Positions 26,578-38,015 of a DNA stretch of 64,000 bases are shown one piece after another (position 1 is the first letter of the stretch; every line of letters starts with the position of its first letter). Position numbers and translations under genes: made by a program. This DNA is from Pseudomonas aeruginosa PAO1 (GTDB taxonomy: Bacteria; Pseudomonadota; Gammaproteobacteria; Pseudomonadales; Pseudomonadaceae). A model generated the notes under the pieces. That model was given only the letters and a program-made list of their open reading frames with translations, had not been told where the DNA came from and ran no database searches. Where the stretch lies: the NCBI RefSeq assembly GCF_000006765.1, contig NC_002516.2; one strand, written 5' to 3'.

Positions 26578-29500
26578 TCAGGGGATGCAGACACCGTGCT
26601 GGCTGCTCTGCGCCAGGTCCATCAGCTCGCGGTTGGCCACGGCGTACATGGCGTAGTCGGTACCCGACGCGGCACGCAGTTCGACCAGCATCGCCCGCCA
26701 GCGCTCGACCAGCGGCAGGTGCTGTTCCAGCCACAGGCCGACGCGAGCCTCGACCTCCTTCGGTCCGTCCTGCATCTGCAACACCGAGACGGTGATCGCC
26801 CGCTGCTGCCAGTCGAGGTCGTCGCGGAACGCCTCGCGGGCCAGCGCCTGCCAGTTGTTCTCCACCGGCAGGTTGGTGATCTGTTGCAGGTACCAGGTCA
26901 GGTCCAGCGCGCTGCCCACGGCGAAATAGGCCTTGGCCACTTCCGCGGTGTCCTGGCCGGTCACGTCGGACGCCTCGATGATCGGCAGCAGCGTGTACAA
27001 GTGGCTGGTACCGGCCACCATGCGTGCCAGCAGTTCCGGCACGCCGGCGTCGACGTAGGTCTGGTAGCGCGCCTGCCACAGCTCGCGGGTCGGCCCTTCG
27101 AGCAGCTCGTTGAGCTTCAGGCCGAGGGCGGCGATGCGCGGGCCGAAGTGGGCCACGTCGCGCGCCGCGTCCAGCTCGTTGCGGCGGCTGCGGAGGAACC
27201 AGCGGGTGGCGCGGCGGCCGAGGCGCATCAGTTCGTCCATCAGGGTCAGCTGGATATCAGCGGGCACCTGGTAGTCGAGATTCTCGATCTGGCGGAACCA
27301 ATGCGGCAGGTGGAATACGTCGCGGACGATCACGTAGGCCCCGGCGACGTTGGCCGCGCTCATGCCGGTGGACTCCTTCAGGCGCTGCACGAAGGTGATG
27401 CCCATGTGGTTGACCAGGTCGTTGGCGATCTGCGTGCTGACGATCTCGCGCTTCAGGCGATGGCGGCGCATGGCGTCGCCGAACTTCTCCGCCAGCAATG
27501 CCGGGAAGGCGGTCTCCATGTCGCGGGTCAGGTAGTCATCGTCGGGCACCAGCGATTTCAGCAGCGATTCCTTGAGGTCGATCTTGCTGTAGGAGATCAG
27601 CACCGACAGCTCGGCGCGGGTCAGCCCCTGGCCGGCACTGATGCGTTCCGCCAGCTCCTCGTCGGAAGGCAGGAACTCCAGGGCGCGATCGAGCTTGCCA
27701 CGCGCCTCGAGGTCGCCCATCAGCCGCTTGTACTCGGCGATCCGCTCGCGGGCGCGACGTTGCGCCAGGGACAGCGCCTGGGTCTGCTTGTAGTTGTTGC
27801 CCAGCACCAGGGCGCCGACCGCGTCGGTCATCTTCACCAGCAGCGCGTTGCGCTGCTTCTCGGTCATGTCGCCGGCCTGCACCACTTCGTTGAGCAGGAT
27901 CTTGATGTTGACCTCATGGTCGGAGCAGTCCACGCCACCGGCGTTGTCGATGAAGTCGGTGTTGTTGGCACCGCCGTGCAGGCCGAACTCGACCCGCGCC
28001 AGTTGGGTCATGCCCAGGTTGCCGCCCTCGCCCACCACCTTCGCGCGCAACTCGCGGCCGTCGACGCGCAGACCATCGTTGGCCTTGTCGCCGACATCGG
28101 CGTGGGTTTCCTTGCTCGACTTCACGTAGGTACCGATCCCGCCGTTCCAGAGCAGGTCGACCGGCGCCTTGAGCAGCGCATGGATCAGCTCGGTGGGCGC
28201 CAGCCTGTCGGCCTGGATGTCGAAGCGCGCCTTCATTTCCGGGGTGATGGCGATGCTCTTGGCGCTGCGCAGGAAGATCCCGCCGCCGGCGGAGATCAGC
28301 TTGGCGTCGTAGTCGGCCCAGCTCGAACGCGGCAGGTTGAACAGGCGCTGGCGCTCGACGAAGCTGCTGGCGGCGTCCGGGTTCGGGTCGATGAAGATAT
28401 GCATGTGGTTGAAGGCGGCCACCAGTTGCAGCTTGTCCGACATCAGCAGGCCGTTGCCGAACACGTCGCCGGCCATGTCGCCGATGCCGATGACGCTGAT
28501 GTTGTCCTTCTGCACGTCGATGCCGCGTTCGCGGAAGTGCCGTTGCACGCTGACCCAGGCGCCCTTGGCGGTAATCCCCATGCCCTTGTGGTCGTAGCCG
28601 GCGGAGCCGCCCGAGGCGAAGGCGTCGCCGAGCCAGAAGCCGTACTCGGCGGCGATGCCGTTGGCGATGTCGGAGAAGGTCGCCGTGCCCTTGTCCGCGG
28701 CGACCACCAGGTAGGGATCGTCCTCGTCGTGGCGGACCACGTTGGCCGGCGGCACCACTTCGCCTTCCTTGAGGTTGTCGGTGATATCGAGCAGGCCGGA
28801 AATGAAGATCCGGTAGCAGGCGATCGCCTCGGCCTGGATCTCGTCGCGGCTACCGCCAAGCGGCAGGCGGCGCGGGACGAAGCCGCCCTTGGCGCCGACC
28901 GGCACGATCACCGCGTTCTTCACCTGCTGGGCCTTGACCAGGCCGAGCACCTCGGTGCGGAAGTCTTCCTCGCGGTCCGACCAGCGCAAGCCGCCGCGAG
29001 CCACCTTGCCGCCGCGCAGGTGCACGCCCTCGACGCGCGGCGAGTAGACGAAGATCTCGTACTTGGGCACCGGCCTGGGCAGCTCCGGAATGGCCTTCGG
29101 GTTGAACTTGAAGCTGAAGTAGCTCTTGTTCTGGCCGTTGCCGTCGGGCTGGTAGAAGTTGGTCCGCAGGGTCGCCTTGATCAGGTCGAGGTAGCGCCGC
29201 AGGATGCGGTCCTCGTTGAGCACCTGGACTTCGTCGAGGGCACCGAGGATCGCCTGCTCCAGCTTCTGTTGCTTGTCTTCCAGGTCTTCCGCGGTGAGTT
29301 TGCGCGCCAGGTAGAAGCGGGTCTTGAACAGCCGCACCAGCTCGCGGGCGATGTCGGTGTGGGCATTCAGCGCACTGGCGATGTAGCCGAGGTCGAAGCC
29401 CAGGCGGATCTGCTTCAGGTAACGCGCGTAGGCACGCAGCAGGGCGACGTCGCGCCACGGCAGGTTGGCGGTCAGCACCAGGCGGTTGAAGGCGTCGTTC

Positions 29501-31440
29501 TCGGCGTCGCCGCTGACGATGTGGACGAAGGCGTCCTGGAGGATCTCGTTGAGCTGCTGGATGTCCACGTCCAGCCCTTCGGCGTAGGTGAAGGCGAAGT
29601 CGTGGATCCAGTATTCGCGGCCGTTCTGGTGGCGCAGGCGGTAGGGGAATTCGCCGAGCACGCGCAGGCCGAGGTTCTCCAGGATCGGCAGGACGTCGGA
29701 CAGGGCCAGCGGGGTGTCGGCGTGGTACAGCTTGCAGTGCAGTTGCTGCTCGCCCTGCGCCAGCGGCTGGTAGAAGCTCATCACCAGCGGGCGCTGCTCG
29801 GAGAGGCTGAGCAGGTGCTGCAGGTCGACCACCGCGAAGTGCGGGGCGAAGCGCTCGCGGTAGCCGGCCGGGAAGCCTTTCGGGAAGTCGGCCAGGACGT
29901 TGGTGCCCTTGGCCTCGCCGAGGTTTTCCACCACCAGGCTGCTGTAGTCGTCCTGCCAGGAACGGCAGGCCTGGATCACTTCTTCCTCCAGGCGCGCCGG
30001 GTCGATGTCGATGCGCGACTTCGGGTCGACGCGGAGGATGAACTGCACGCGGGCCAGCACCGACTCGGAGAAGAAGGTCCAGAACTCGCAGTCGCTCGCC
30101 TGCAGGCGCTCCATCAGGACCTGCTGGATCTTCAGGCGCGTCTCGGTGGAATACACGTCGCGCGGCACGTAGGCCAGGCAGTAGCAGAAGCGACCGTAGG
30201 GGTCCTTGCGCAGGAACACGCGGATCTTGTTGCGCTCCTGGATGCGGACGATCGCCAGGGCGGTGCTGAACAGCTCGTCCACCGGGGTCTGGAACAGGTC
30301 GTCGCGCGGCAGTACTTCCAGCACCTGGGCCAGTTCCTTGCCGAGGTGGGCCTTGGTGTCGAAACCGGAGCGCCGCATCACTTCGGCGACCTTGCCGCGG
30401 ATGAAGGGGATGTCGTTGACGCTCTCGTTGTACACCGAGGAGGTGAACAGGCCCATGAAGCGGCACTCGCGGATCACCCGGCCCTTGCCGTCCAGCTCGC
30501 GGATCGACACGTAGTCCGGGTAGGCCGGGCGGTGCACACGGCTCGGATGGGCAGCCTTGGCGAAGGACAGCAGGACCGGTTCGCGCAGGTAGGCGACGGC
30601 ATAGTCCTCGATGTGCAGGTCATCCTTGCTCAGGCCGGCACGCAGCAGACGGGTCAGGCCGAGGAAGGATTTCTCGTCGTAGACCATGCGCCCGCCGTCG
30701 GCCTCGTCGGCGACGCTGAATTCCTCGTAGCCGAGGAAGGTGAAGTGGTTGTCCAGCAGCCATTCGAGATAGCTGCGTACTTCCTTCAGTTCCTCCGCCG
30801 GCACCTTCAGCTTGGCCTTGCCAAGCCAGGTCAGCAGTTCGCGGGCCTTGGCCTTCATCGGTTCGAAGTCGGCGACGGTCACGCGTACTTCACCGAGCAC
30901 TTCCAGGATGGCCTTCTCCAGCGCCCGCAGTTCGCCGGCGTGGGCGCAACGGTCGATCTCCAGGTACATCAGCGATTCCTGGCTGACGTCCTTGCCCTGG
31001 CTACCCTTGGGCAGGATTTCCTTCAGCTCGCCCTTGGCCGAGCGGCGCACGCTGAGGACGTTGGTCTGCAGGGTATGGATGCTGTAGCCGCGACGGTTCA
31101 GTTCCATGCGCACCGAGTCGACCAGGAACGGCAGGTCCGGGTGCAGCACTTCTACCGCGGTGTGGGTGGATTGCCAGCCGTGCTTCTCGTAGTCGGGGTT
31201 GTATACGCGGACTTCGGGCTGGTCGCGGTCGAAGCGCTCCAGCAGGCGCCAGGCGGAAAGGGTGCAACCGACCAGGTCGGAAAGCCGACGCTGGGTCAGT
31301 TCATCGAGGGAGATCAGGCTGAAGAACTGTTCGGCGAACAGCGTGACTTGTGGTAACGCCTTGTCGCCGAGGTGCTGCGCCAGTGCCGTCTGCAGTTGAT
31401 GCTGGAAATCGGCTTTGCTGGCCGCGGTGAAGAACGCCAT
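26578..31440 (-). CDS. gdhB: Large NAD-specific glutamate dehydrogenase
   Basis: 1620 aa. ARGGLRWSDR, GAKGGF, VAADKGTA, GEGGN and DNAGGVDCSDHEVN motifs. Confidence 0.97.
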   Translation of the reverse strand: MAFFTAASKADFQHQLQTALAQHLGDKALPQVTLFAEQFFSLISLDELTQRRLSDLVGCTLSAWRLLERFDRDQPEVRVYNPDYEKHGWQSTHTAVEVLHPDLPFLVDSVRMELNRRGYSIHTLQTNVLSVRRSAKGELKEILPKGSQGKDVSQESLMYLEIDRCAHAGELRALEKAILEVLGEVRVTVADFEPMKAKARELLTWLGKAKLKVPAEELKEVRSYLEWLLDNHFTFLGYEEFSVADEADGGRMVYDEKSFLGLTRLLRAGLSKDDLHIEDYAVAYLREPVLLSFAKAAHPSRVHRPAYPDYVSIRELDGKGRVIRECRFMGLFTSSVYNESVNDIPFIRGKVAEVMRRSGFDTKAHLGKELAQVLEVLPRDDLFQTPVDELFSTALAIVRIQERNKIRVFLRKDPYGRFCYCLAYVPRDVYSTETRLKIQQVLMERLQASDCEFWTFFSESVLARVQFILRVDPKSRIDIDPARLEEEVIQACRSWQDDYSSLVVENLGEAKGTNVLADFPKGFPAGYRERFAPHFAVVDLQHLLSLSEQRPLVMSFYQPLAQGEQQLHCKLYHADTPLALSDVLPILENLGLRVLGEFPYRLRHQNGREYWIHDFAFTYAEGLDVDIQQLNEILQDAFVHIVSGDAENDAFNRLVLTANLPWRDVALLRAYARYLKQIRLGFDLGYIASALNAHTDIARELVRLFKTRFYLARKLTAEDLEDKQQKLEQAILGALDEVQVLNEDRILRRYLDLIKATLRTNFYQPDGNGQNKSYFSFKFNPKAIPELPRPVPKYEIFVYSPRVEGVHLRGGKVARGGLRWSDREEDFRTEVLGLVKAQQVKNAVIVPVGAKGGFVPRRLPLGGSRDEIQAEAIACYRIFISGLLDITDNLKEGEVVPPANVVRHDEDDPYLVVAADKGTATFSDIANGIAAEYGFWLGDAFASGGSAGYDHKGMGITAKGAWVSVQRHFRERGIDVQKDNISVIGIGDMAGDVFGNGLLMSDKLQLVAAFNHMHIFIDPNPDAASSFVERQRLFNLPRSSWADYDAKLISAGGGIFLRSAKSIAITPEMKARFDIQADRLAPTELIHALLKAPVDLLWNGGIGTYVKSSKETHADVGDKANDGLRVDGRELRAKVVGEGGNLGMTQLARVEFGLHGGANNTDFIDNAGGVDCSDHEVNIKILLNEVVQAGDMTEKQRNALLVKMTDAVGALVLGNNYKQTQALSLAQRRARERIAEYKRLMGDLEARGKLDRALEFLPSDEELAERISAGQGLTRAELSVLISYSKIDLKESLLKSLVPDDDYLTRDMETAFPALLAEKFGDAMRRHRLKREIVSTQIANDLVNHMGITFVQRLKESTGMSAANVAGAYVIVRDVFHLPHWFRQIENLDYQVPADIQLTLMDELMRLGRRATRWFLRSRRNELDAARDVAHFGPRIAALGLKLNELLEGPTRELWQARYQTYVDAGVPELLARMVAGTSHLYTLLPIIEASDVTGQDTAEVAKAYFAVGSALDLTWYLQQITNLPVENNWQALAREAFRDDLDWQQRAITVSVLQMQDGPKEVEARVGLWLEQHLPLVERWRAMLVELRAASGTDYAMYAVANRELMDLAQSSQHGVCIP

Positions 31441-31670
31441 GGTTGTACTCCGCTTGGCTTGTTATTTCATGGAGGCGAGCGGTTCGCGGGAAAGGTCGCG
31501 AGCAACGCACCTTCGGACCGACCCTCGCTGCGTCCATGAAGTTCAGCAGAAGCTGAGCATTAATCCAGGCAGGCAGGCGCACAGCAAAGGCTGACCGGGA
31601 ACCGCCCTTTTCGGCGAGCGACCCGCCGGTCATATCCGACAGAGCTTAACGAGCCGGCAAGGCAAAACAC

Positions 31671-31686
31671 TTACCGTGCTGCGACA
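31671..31686 (-). promoter_or_regulatory. ArgR half-site upstream of gdhB
   Basis: TGTCGC-N8-AA (tgtcgc agcacggt aa) on the gdhB strand. Arginine/ArgR induction of gdhB is established. The second half-site is degenerate. Confidence 0.6.
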
Positions 31687-31712
31687 TATTCGTTCACCCC
31701 GGGAGCATCGGC

Positions 31713-32483
31713 TCACTGCACCGGCAGGAAATGCATGAACAGCAGTCCCTGGGCGTAGTTCACGCTGATCCGCCGGTAGCGTTCGCCGAGCACCTCGGCG
31801 AGCAGGTCCAGGCGCGCGACGATCTTGGCGAACTCGCGGGCGTAGCTGAGGTTGCTGGCGTCGTCGGTGAGGGCGTTGGAAAGCAGCAACGGGGCACCCT
31901 TGTCGTCCTTGCGGGTAGCCAGCATCCAGGTGGCGACCTCGACGTTGCGCGCGGCGTTGTAGACGTACTGCGCGTCGATCCCCTGGTAGACGTAGAACTC
32001 GGTGCGCCCGCCATGGGCGGTGATCAGCATGCTGGCCAGGGAGTATATGAAGGCACCGACGCGGTCGCCCTTGAACGCCGGATCGAGGGAGTAGGACAGT
32101 GCGGCGATGTCGCGGCGGCCGCCCAGGTCGCTGAGTTCGCGGTTCTGCTCGATGGCCCGGCGGATCGCCAGCTCGGCGTCGGCCTGGCTCGGCAGGCCGG
32201 TCTTCTTCCATTCGGCGGGATTGCGCTTGTACAGCTTCCAGAGCAACTGGTAGAGGCTTTGCAGGTTGTCGCGCATGGCCAGGGTGGCCATGCGATCGGC
32301 ATCGGTCTGGAGGAATTCGCCGGCGCGCATCGAACCCTGGCTGGTGTCCTCGCCGGCGGCGTTGCGCGGCGCGTTCGAACATCCGCTGGCGAGCGCGCCG
32401 AGCAGCAACAGCAGCCCACCGACCCAGCGCCGCCACCCACGCCGGGCGCGGCCCTCCCCCTTGCGCCGGGCAAGCCCCGGCAA
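31713..32483 (-). CDS. Hypothetical lipoprotein
   Basis: TTG start preceded by CAGGAG. Basic N-region, LLLLLGA core and lipobox ASGC. Confidence 0.7.
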   Translation of the reverse strand: MPGLARRKGEGRARRGWRRWVGGLLLLLGALASGCSNAPRNAAGEDTSQGSMRAGEFLQTDADRMATLAMRDNLQSLYQLLWKLYKRNPAEWKKTGLPSQADAELAIRRAIEQNRELSDLGGRRDIAALSYSLDPAFKGDRVGAFIYSLASMLITAHGGRTEFYVYQGIDAQYVYNAARNVEVATWMLATRKDDKGAPLLLSNALTDDASNLSYAREFAKIVARLDLLAEVLGERYRRISVNYAQGLLFMHFLPVQ

Positions 32484-32822
32484 TGTCGCTCCTGACAAAC
32501 GCTCTGTCCATTCGCTGTTCGCATCGCGGAAACCGACCCGCCTGAGCCGGCGAAGTTCCCCGGGCGCGTCGATCCGCCGCGCTTCGCGAGGCAGGTCACG
32601 GCGAGAGGCGGAGGCTTTTCACCGGCATACCCGCGCGGGTTCACGAATAGGCGCGGCACGAGCGTCGGAGAGTACGCTAGGCAGTCGCCGTGCGCTAACA
32701 TGTGCGGGATCGGGGGGCGTCATCCGCCGCAGAGCGGAGCCTTCTCCCCGCCCGCGCGCGCCGGCCTCGCCGTGCGCCACCGAGCGACACCCCAGCAGGC
32801 CTTGGAACCGGTAGTCCAGACA

Positions 32823-33803
<981 letters not shown>

Positions 33804-33813
33804 GGCCGCCGCC

Positions 33814-34752
33814 ATGCTGAGCGCCGCCCCGGGCGTCGAACTGGGCCTCGACGAGCTTCTGGAAATGCGCCACCGGCTCCACGAAGCGCGCCTGTTCTCC
33901 TCGCAGAACCGCCGCAGCCCGTTGGTCGGCCTGCATCACTCGCGCCTGCGCGGACGCGGCGTGGACTTCGACCAGGTGCGCATCTACCAGCCCGGCGACG
34001 ACGTACGGACCATCGACTGGCGCGTCACCGCGCGCACCCGCGAGCCGCACACCAAGCTGTTCCACGAGGAACGCGAGCGACCGGTGTTCGTCCTGGTCGA
34101 ACAGAGCCAGCGCCTGTTCTTCGGCTCCGGCCTGTGCTTCAAGGCGGTGCTGGCGGCACGCGCGGCGGCCTTCATCGGCTGGTCGGCGCTGGCCCACAAC
34201 GACCGTATCGGCGGCCTGGTATTCAGCGACCGCGACTGCCACGAAATCAAGCCGCGACGCAGCAAGCACAGCCTGCTGCAACTGTTCAACCAGCTATTGC
34301 GGGCCAATCGCGAGCTGCGCGAGACGCCGGCCGAGCGGCCTGGCGAACTGTTCGGCCTGGCCCTGCGCCGCGCCCGCGAAGTGCTGCGCCCGGGCAGCCT
34401 GATCCTGGTACTGTGCGACGAGCGCACACTCAATGACGTCGCCGAGCAGCAACTCAGCCTGATCGCACGCCATACCGACCTGGTGCTGCTGCCGCTGTCC
34501 GACCCGCTCGACCATGCCCTTCCCGCCGCCGGACTGCTGCGCTTCCGCGAAGGCGCCGCCGACCTCGAACTGGACACCCACGCCGACGAGCTGCGCCAGG
34601 CCTATCGCGAACTGGCCGAGGCGCGCCGCGCGCGCTGGCAGCGGCTGGCCCAGCGACTGGGCGTGCCGCTGCTGCCGCTGTCGACCCAGGAAGACCTGGT
34701 GGAGCAGTTGCGGGACCTGCTGGAACAACACCAGCCGGGGTATCGCGCATGA
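33814..34752 (+). CDS. DUF58 protein (MoxR partner)
   Basis: GRGVDFDQVRIYQPGDDVRTIDWRVTAR signature. Confidence 0.92.
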   Translation: MLSAAPGVELGLDELLEMRHRLHEARLFSSQNRRSPLVGLHHSRLRGRGVDFDQVRIYQPGDDVRTIDWRVTARTREPHTKLFHEERERPVFVLVEQSQRLFFGSGLCFKAVLAARAAAFIGWSALAHNDRIGGLVFSDRDCHEIKPRRSKHSLLQLFNQLLRANRELRETPAERPGELFGLALRRAREVLRPGSLILVLCDERTLNDVAEQQLSLIARHTDLVLLPLSDPLDHALPAAGLLRFREGAADLELDTHADELRQAYRELAEARRARWQRLAQRLGVPLLPLSTQEDLVEQLRDLLEQHQPGYRA

Positions 34753-35243
34753 ATCCGCTCGACCGGCTGGAACCGCTGATCGCTCCCCTGCCCGTCGGCT
34801 GGTGGCCGCCAGCGCCCGGCTGGTGGCTGCTGGCCGCCCTGCTGCCGTTGCTCGGCTGGGGGCTCTGGCGACTGCGCCGGCACCTGCCGCGGCGCACCAT
34901 CGCCACCCGCGGCGAAGCGCCGCTGGATCCGCTGCGCGAAGCGGCCCTGGCCGAACTGGCGGCGCTTGCCAAGCCCTACGGCAGGGCTTCCGCCGGGCCC
35001 TGGCTGCAGGCCATCAACGGCCTGCTCAAGCGGGTCTGCAGGGCGCGCTGGCCAGATAGCGGCAGCCACGCCCTCAGCGGCCGCGCCTGGCTGGCGTTCC
35101 TCGACAACCGTTGCCCGGCCGCCGGCCTGACCCGCTGGATGATCCTGGTGGAAGGCGGCTACCGCGCCGACTGCACCCTCGACGACAAGGCCGTGGACGG
35201 CCTCGACGCCGCCGTCGCCACCTGGATTCGCAAGCATGTTTGA
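34749..35243 (+). CDS. DUF4381-like membrane protein
   Basis: N-terminal LIAPLPVGWWPPAPGWW plus one TM helix; operon position. Confidence 0.85.
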   Translation: MNPLDRLEPLIAPLPVGWWPPAPGWWLLAALLPLLGWGLWRLRRHLPRRTIATRGEAPLDPLREAALAELAALAKPYGRASAGPWLQAINGLLKRVCRARWPDSGSHALSGRAWLAFLDNRCPAAGLTRWMILVEGGYRADCTLDDKAVDGLDAAVATWIRKHV

Positions 35244-36258
35244 GTTCGCCTGGCCCTGGGTCTTCGCCTTCGCCCCGTTGCCCTGGCTGCTGCGCCTGGT
35301 GCTGCCGGCCGCCGACAGCGGCGAGGCGGCGCTCAAGGTGAGCTTCCTCGACGAACTCGAAAGCCTCGCCGGACGCCGTGCCCGCGCACGCCTGCCGGCC
35401 TGGCGGCAGCAGGTGCGCTTCGCCCTGCTCTGGTTCCTCCTGCTGCTCGCCGCGGCCCGCCCGCAGTGGGTCGGCGACCCCCTGCCGCTACCCGCCAGCG
35501 GCCGCGACCTGCTGCTCGCGGTGGATGTCTCCGGCTCCATGGACTACCGCGACATGCGCTGGCAGGACGACGAGATCAGCCGCCTGGAACTGATCAAGAA
35601 ACTCTTCGGCGACTTCATCGAAGACCGTCGTGGCGACCGCGTCGGCCTGATCCTGTTCGGCAGCCAGGCCTACCTGCAGGCGCCGCTGACCTTCGACCGG
35701 CACACCGTGCGGGTCTGGCTGGACGAGGCACAGATCGGCATCGCCGGCAAGAACACGGCGATCGGCGACGCCATCGGCCTGGCGGTCAAGCGCCTGCGCC
35801 AGCGGCCTGCGGAAAGCCGGGTGCTGGTGCTGATCACCGACGGCGCCAACACCGGCGGACAGATAGCCCCGCAGATCGCCGCGCAACTGGCCGCCGAGCA
35901 ACAGGTGAAGATCTACACCATCGGCATCGGCGCCGACCCGCAGCAAGGCGGCGTGCCCGGCCTGTTCGGCTTCAACCCGGGGCTCGATCTCGACGAGCCG
36001 ACCCTGCGCGGTATCGCCGAGAGCACTGGCGGCGAATACTTCCGCGCGCGATCCAGCGCCGAGCTGGAAAGCATTTCCGCGACCCTCGACCGCCTCGAAC
36101 CGGTCGCCCAGCAGACTACCCGGGCGCGCCCGGCCCTGGCGCTGTACAGTTGGCCGCTGGCCGCCGCCCTCGGCCTGAGTGTGCTGCTGGTGGCGCTGGA
36201 GCTCTGGCCACGGGAAAACCGGACCTGGCCGCGCCGCCGTTCCGGGAGGCAACCATGA
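35236..36258 (+). CDS. VWA-domain protein (BatA-like)
   Basis: N-terminal TM helices, intact MIDAS DVSGS, TAIGDA and TDG. Confidence 0.92.
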   Translation: MFEFAWPWVFAFAPLPWLLRLVLPAADSGEAALKVSFLDELESLAGRRARARLPAWRQQVRFALLWFLLLLAAARPQWVGDPLPLPASGRDLLLAVDVSGSMDYRDMRWQDDEISRLELIKKLFGDFIEDRRGDRVGLILFGSQAYLQAPLTFDRHTVRVWLDEAQIGIAGKNTAIGDAIGLAVKRLRQRPAESRVLVLITDGANTGGQIAPQIAAQLAAEQQVKIYTIGIGADPQQGGVPGLFGFNPGLDLDEPTLRGIAESTGGEYFRARSSAELESISATLDRLEPVAQQTTRARPALALYSWPLAAALGLSVLLVALELWPRENRTWPRRRSGRQP

Positions 36259-38015
36259 ACCTGTTGCTGGACGCCTGGCCGCACTGGCTGCGCCCCTACT
36301 GGCTGCTGCTGGCGCCGCTGCTTGGCTGGTTGCTGTGGAAGCTGCTGCATCGCCAGCGTCGTGCCGGACGCTGGCAGTTGCTGTTGCCGACGGCCTTCCA
36401 GCCCTGGCTGCTGGTCGGCGGCGCCGGGCGGCAGAACCGCATGCCCTGGATCTGCCTCGGCATCGCCTGGCTGCTGGCCCTGCTGGCCTTGCTCGGGCCC
36501 AGTTGGCAGCAACTGGAACAGCCCTCGATGAAGCGTAGCGACCCGCTGGTGGCGATCCTCCAGCTGACTCCCGGGATGCTTGCCGGCGACCTGTCGCCGA
36601 CCCGCCTGGAGCAGGCCCGGCGCAAGCTGCTCGACCTGCTTCGCACGCGCAACGACGCGCAGACCGCGATCGTCGTCTACGCCGGCAGCGCGCATACCCT
36701 GGTGCCGCTGTCGGACGACCAGCTCACCGCGCGCAACCTGCTCGACGCCCTGAAACCTTCGATCATGCCCGAGCCCGGCCAGCGCGCCGACCTCGCCGTG
36801 CGCCAGGCCCTCGACCTGCTGGAACAGGGCGCCCAGGGCCGCGGCCGCCTGCTGCTGCTGACCAGCGAGCTGAGCGAACCCGAGCGCCAGGGCATCCGCA
36901 GCGCCCTCGAGCACCGGGCGGCGCGCCTCGCCGTGCTCGGCGTCGGCACGCCGAAGGGCGCTCCGGTGCAGCAGGAGGATGGCAGCTTCCTCAAGGACGA
37001 CCAGGGCGGCATCCTCCTGCCCAGGCTCGACGAAAGCGGGCTGCGCCGCTTCGCCGCGGAGATCGGCGCCGGCTACCAGCGCCTGCGGCCGAACGACCGC
37101 GACCTCGACAGCCTCGGCCTGCTGGCCCGCGGCGGCACGCTGGAGGAAGATCGCGAGAACGCCCTGCTGCGCCTGCAGCGCTGGGCCGACCAGGGTTACT
37201 GGCTGCTCCTGCCGCTGCTCCTGCTGGCCGCCTGTGCCGGACGGCGCGGCTGGCTGTTCTGCCTGCCGCTGTTGATGCTGAGCCTGCCGCAACCGGCCAT
37301 GGCCTTCCAGTTCGAAGACCTCTGGCTGCGTCCGGACCAGCAAGGCCAGCGCCTGTTGCAACGGGGCCAGGCGGACGAGGCGGCGAAGCGCTTCGAGGAC
37401 TTCCGCTGGAAAGGCCTGTCGCTCTACCAGGCCCGCGACTACGCCGCCGCGGCCCAGGCCTTCGCCCAGGGCGACCAGGCCGACGATCACTACAACCGTG
37501 GCAACGCCCTGGCCCGCCAGGGCGAACTGGAAGCCGCCGTCGACGCCTACGAACAAGCCCTGGAGCGCCAGCCGCAACTGGTCGCCGCGCAACGCAACAA
37601 GGCCCTGGTCGAGGAACTGCTGCGCCAGCGCCAGGAACAGGCGGCGCAGCAGCAGGCCGGCGAGAACAAGGAACAGCGCCAGGAAGCGAGCCAGCAGAGC
37701 CCGCCATCCGGAAGCAGCCAGCGGCCGCCGCGCGACGCGGCGACCGTCGATGCGCAGAAGGCCCAGGCCGCGGCGCCCTCGACCAGCCTGCCGGAAGACG
37801 AAGGCGAGAAGACCGCCGGAGCACCCGGCCAAGCGCAGCCGCAGCCCGACGCCGAGGACGAGCGGACGGGCGACGAGGAAGCCGACGACGGACTCGACGA
37901 CGAACGTCGCCAGGCCCTCGAGCAATGGCTGCGACAGATTCCCGACGATCCCGCCGAGTTGCTGCGGCGCAAGTTCTGGTACCAACAGCAGCAACGCCAG
38001 GAAGCCACGCCATGA
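36255..38015 (+). CDS. VWA plus TPR protein (BatB/BatC-like)
   Basis: Start MNLLLDAW (586 aa). VWA fold, TPR YNRGNALARQGELEAA, Q/E-rich linker and C-terminal WLRQIPDDP. Confidence 0.88.
   Translation: MNLLLDAWPHWLRPYWLLLAPLLGWLLWKLLHRQRRAGRWQLLLPTAFQPWLLVGGAGRQNRMPWICLGIAWLLALLALLGPSWQQLEQPSMKRSDPLVAILQLTPGMLAGDLSPTRLEQARRKLLDLLRTRNDAQTAIVVYAGSAHTLVPLSDDQLTARNLLDALKPSIMPEPGQRADLAVRQALDLLEQGAQGRGRLLLLTSELSEPERQGIRSALEHRAARLAVLGVGTPKGAPVQQEDGSFLKDDQGGILLPRLDESGLRRFAAEIGAGYQRLRPNDRDLDSLGLLARGGTLEEDRENALLRLQRWADQGYWLLLPLLLLAACAGRRGWLFCLPLLMLSLPQPAMAFQFEDLWLRPDQQGQRLLQRGQADEAAKRFEDFRWKGLSLYQARDYAAAAQAFAQGDQADDHYNRGNALARQGELEAAVDAYEQALERQPQLVAAQRNKALVEELLRQRQEQAAQQQAGENKEQRQEASQQSPPSGSSQRPPRDAATVDAQKAQAAAPSTSLPEDEGEKTAGAPGQAQPQPDAEDERTGDEEADDGLDDERRQALEQWLRQIPDDPAELLRRKFWYQQQQRQEATP

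Noticed and set aside
26524-31356. 1610-aa ORF antisense to gdhB, and similar long antisense ORFs over pelB, pepN, the RND gene, rlmKL and fadH
   Set aside because: These are shadow frames expected from GC3-rich codon bias, with no recognisable motifs, and each lies opposite a well-supported gene.
32484-32499. Second TGTCGC-N8-AA ArgR-like half-site
   Set aside because: It is a single half-site, about 320 bp from moxR and on top of the lipoprotein RBS, so it is plausibly chance.
37620-37920. Q/E/A-rich low-complexity stretch in the VWA-TPR gene
   Set aside because: It is an ordinary linker of BatB/C-like proteins, with no exact DNA tandem repeat.
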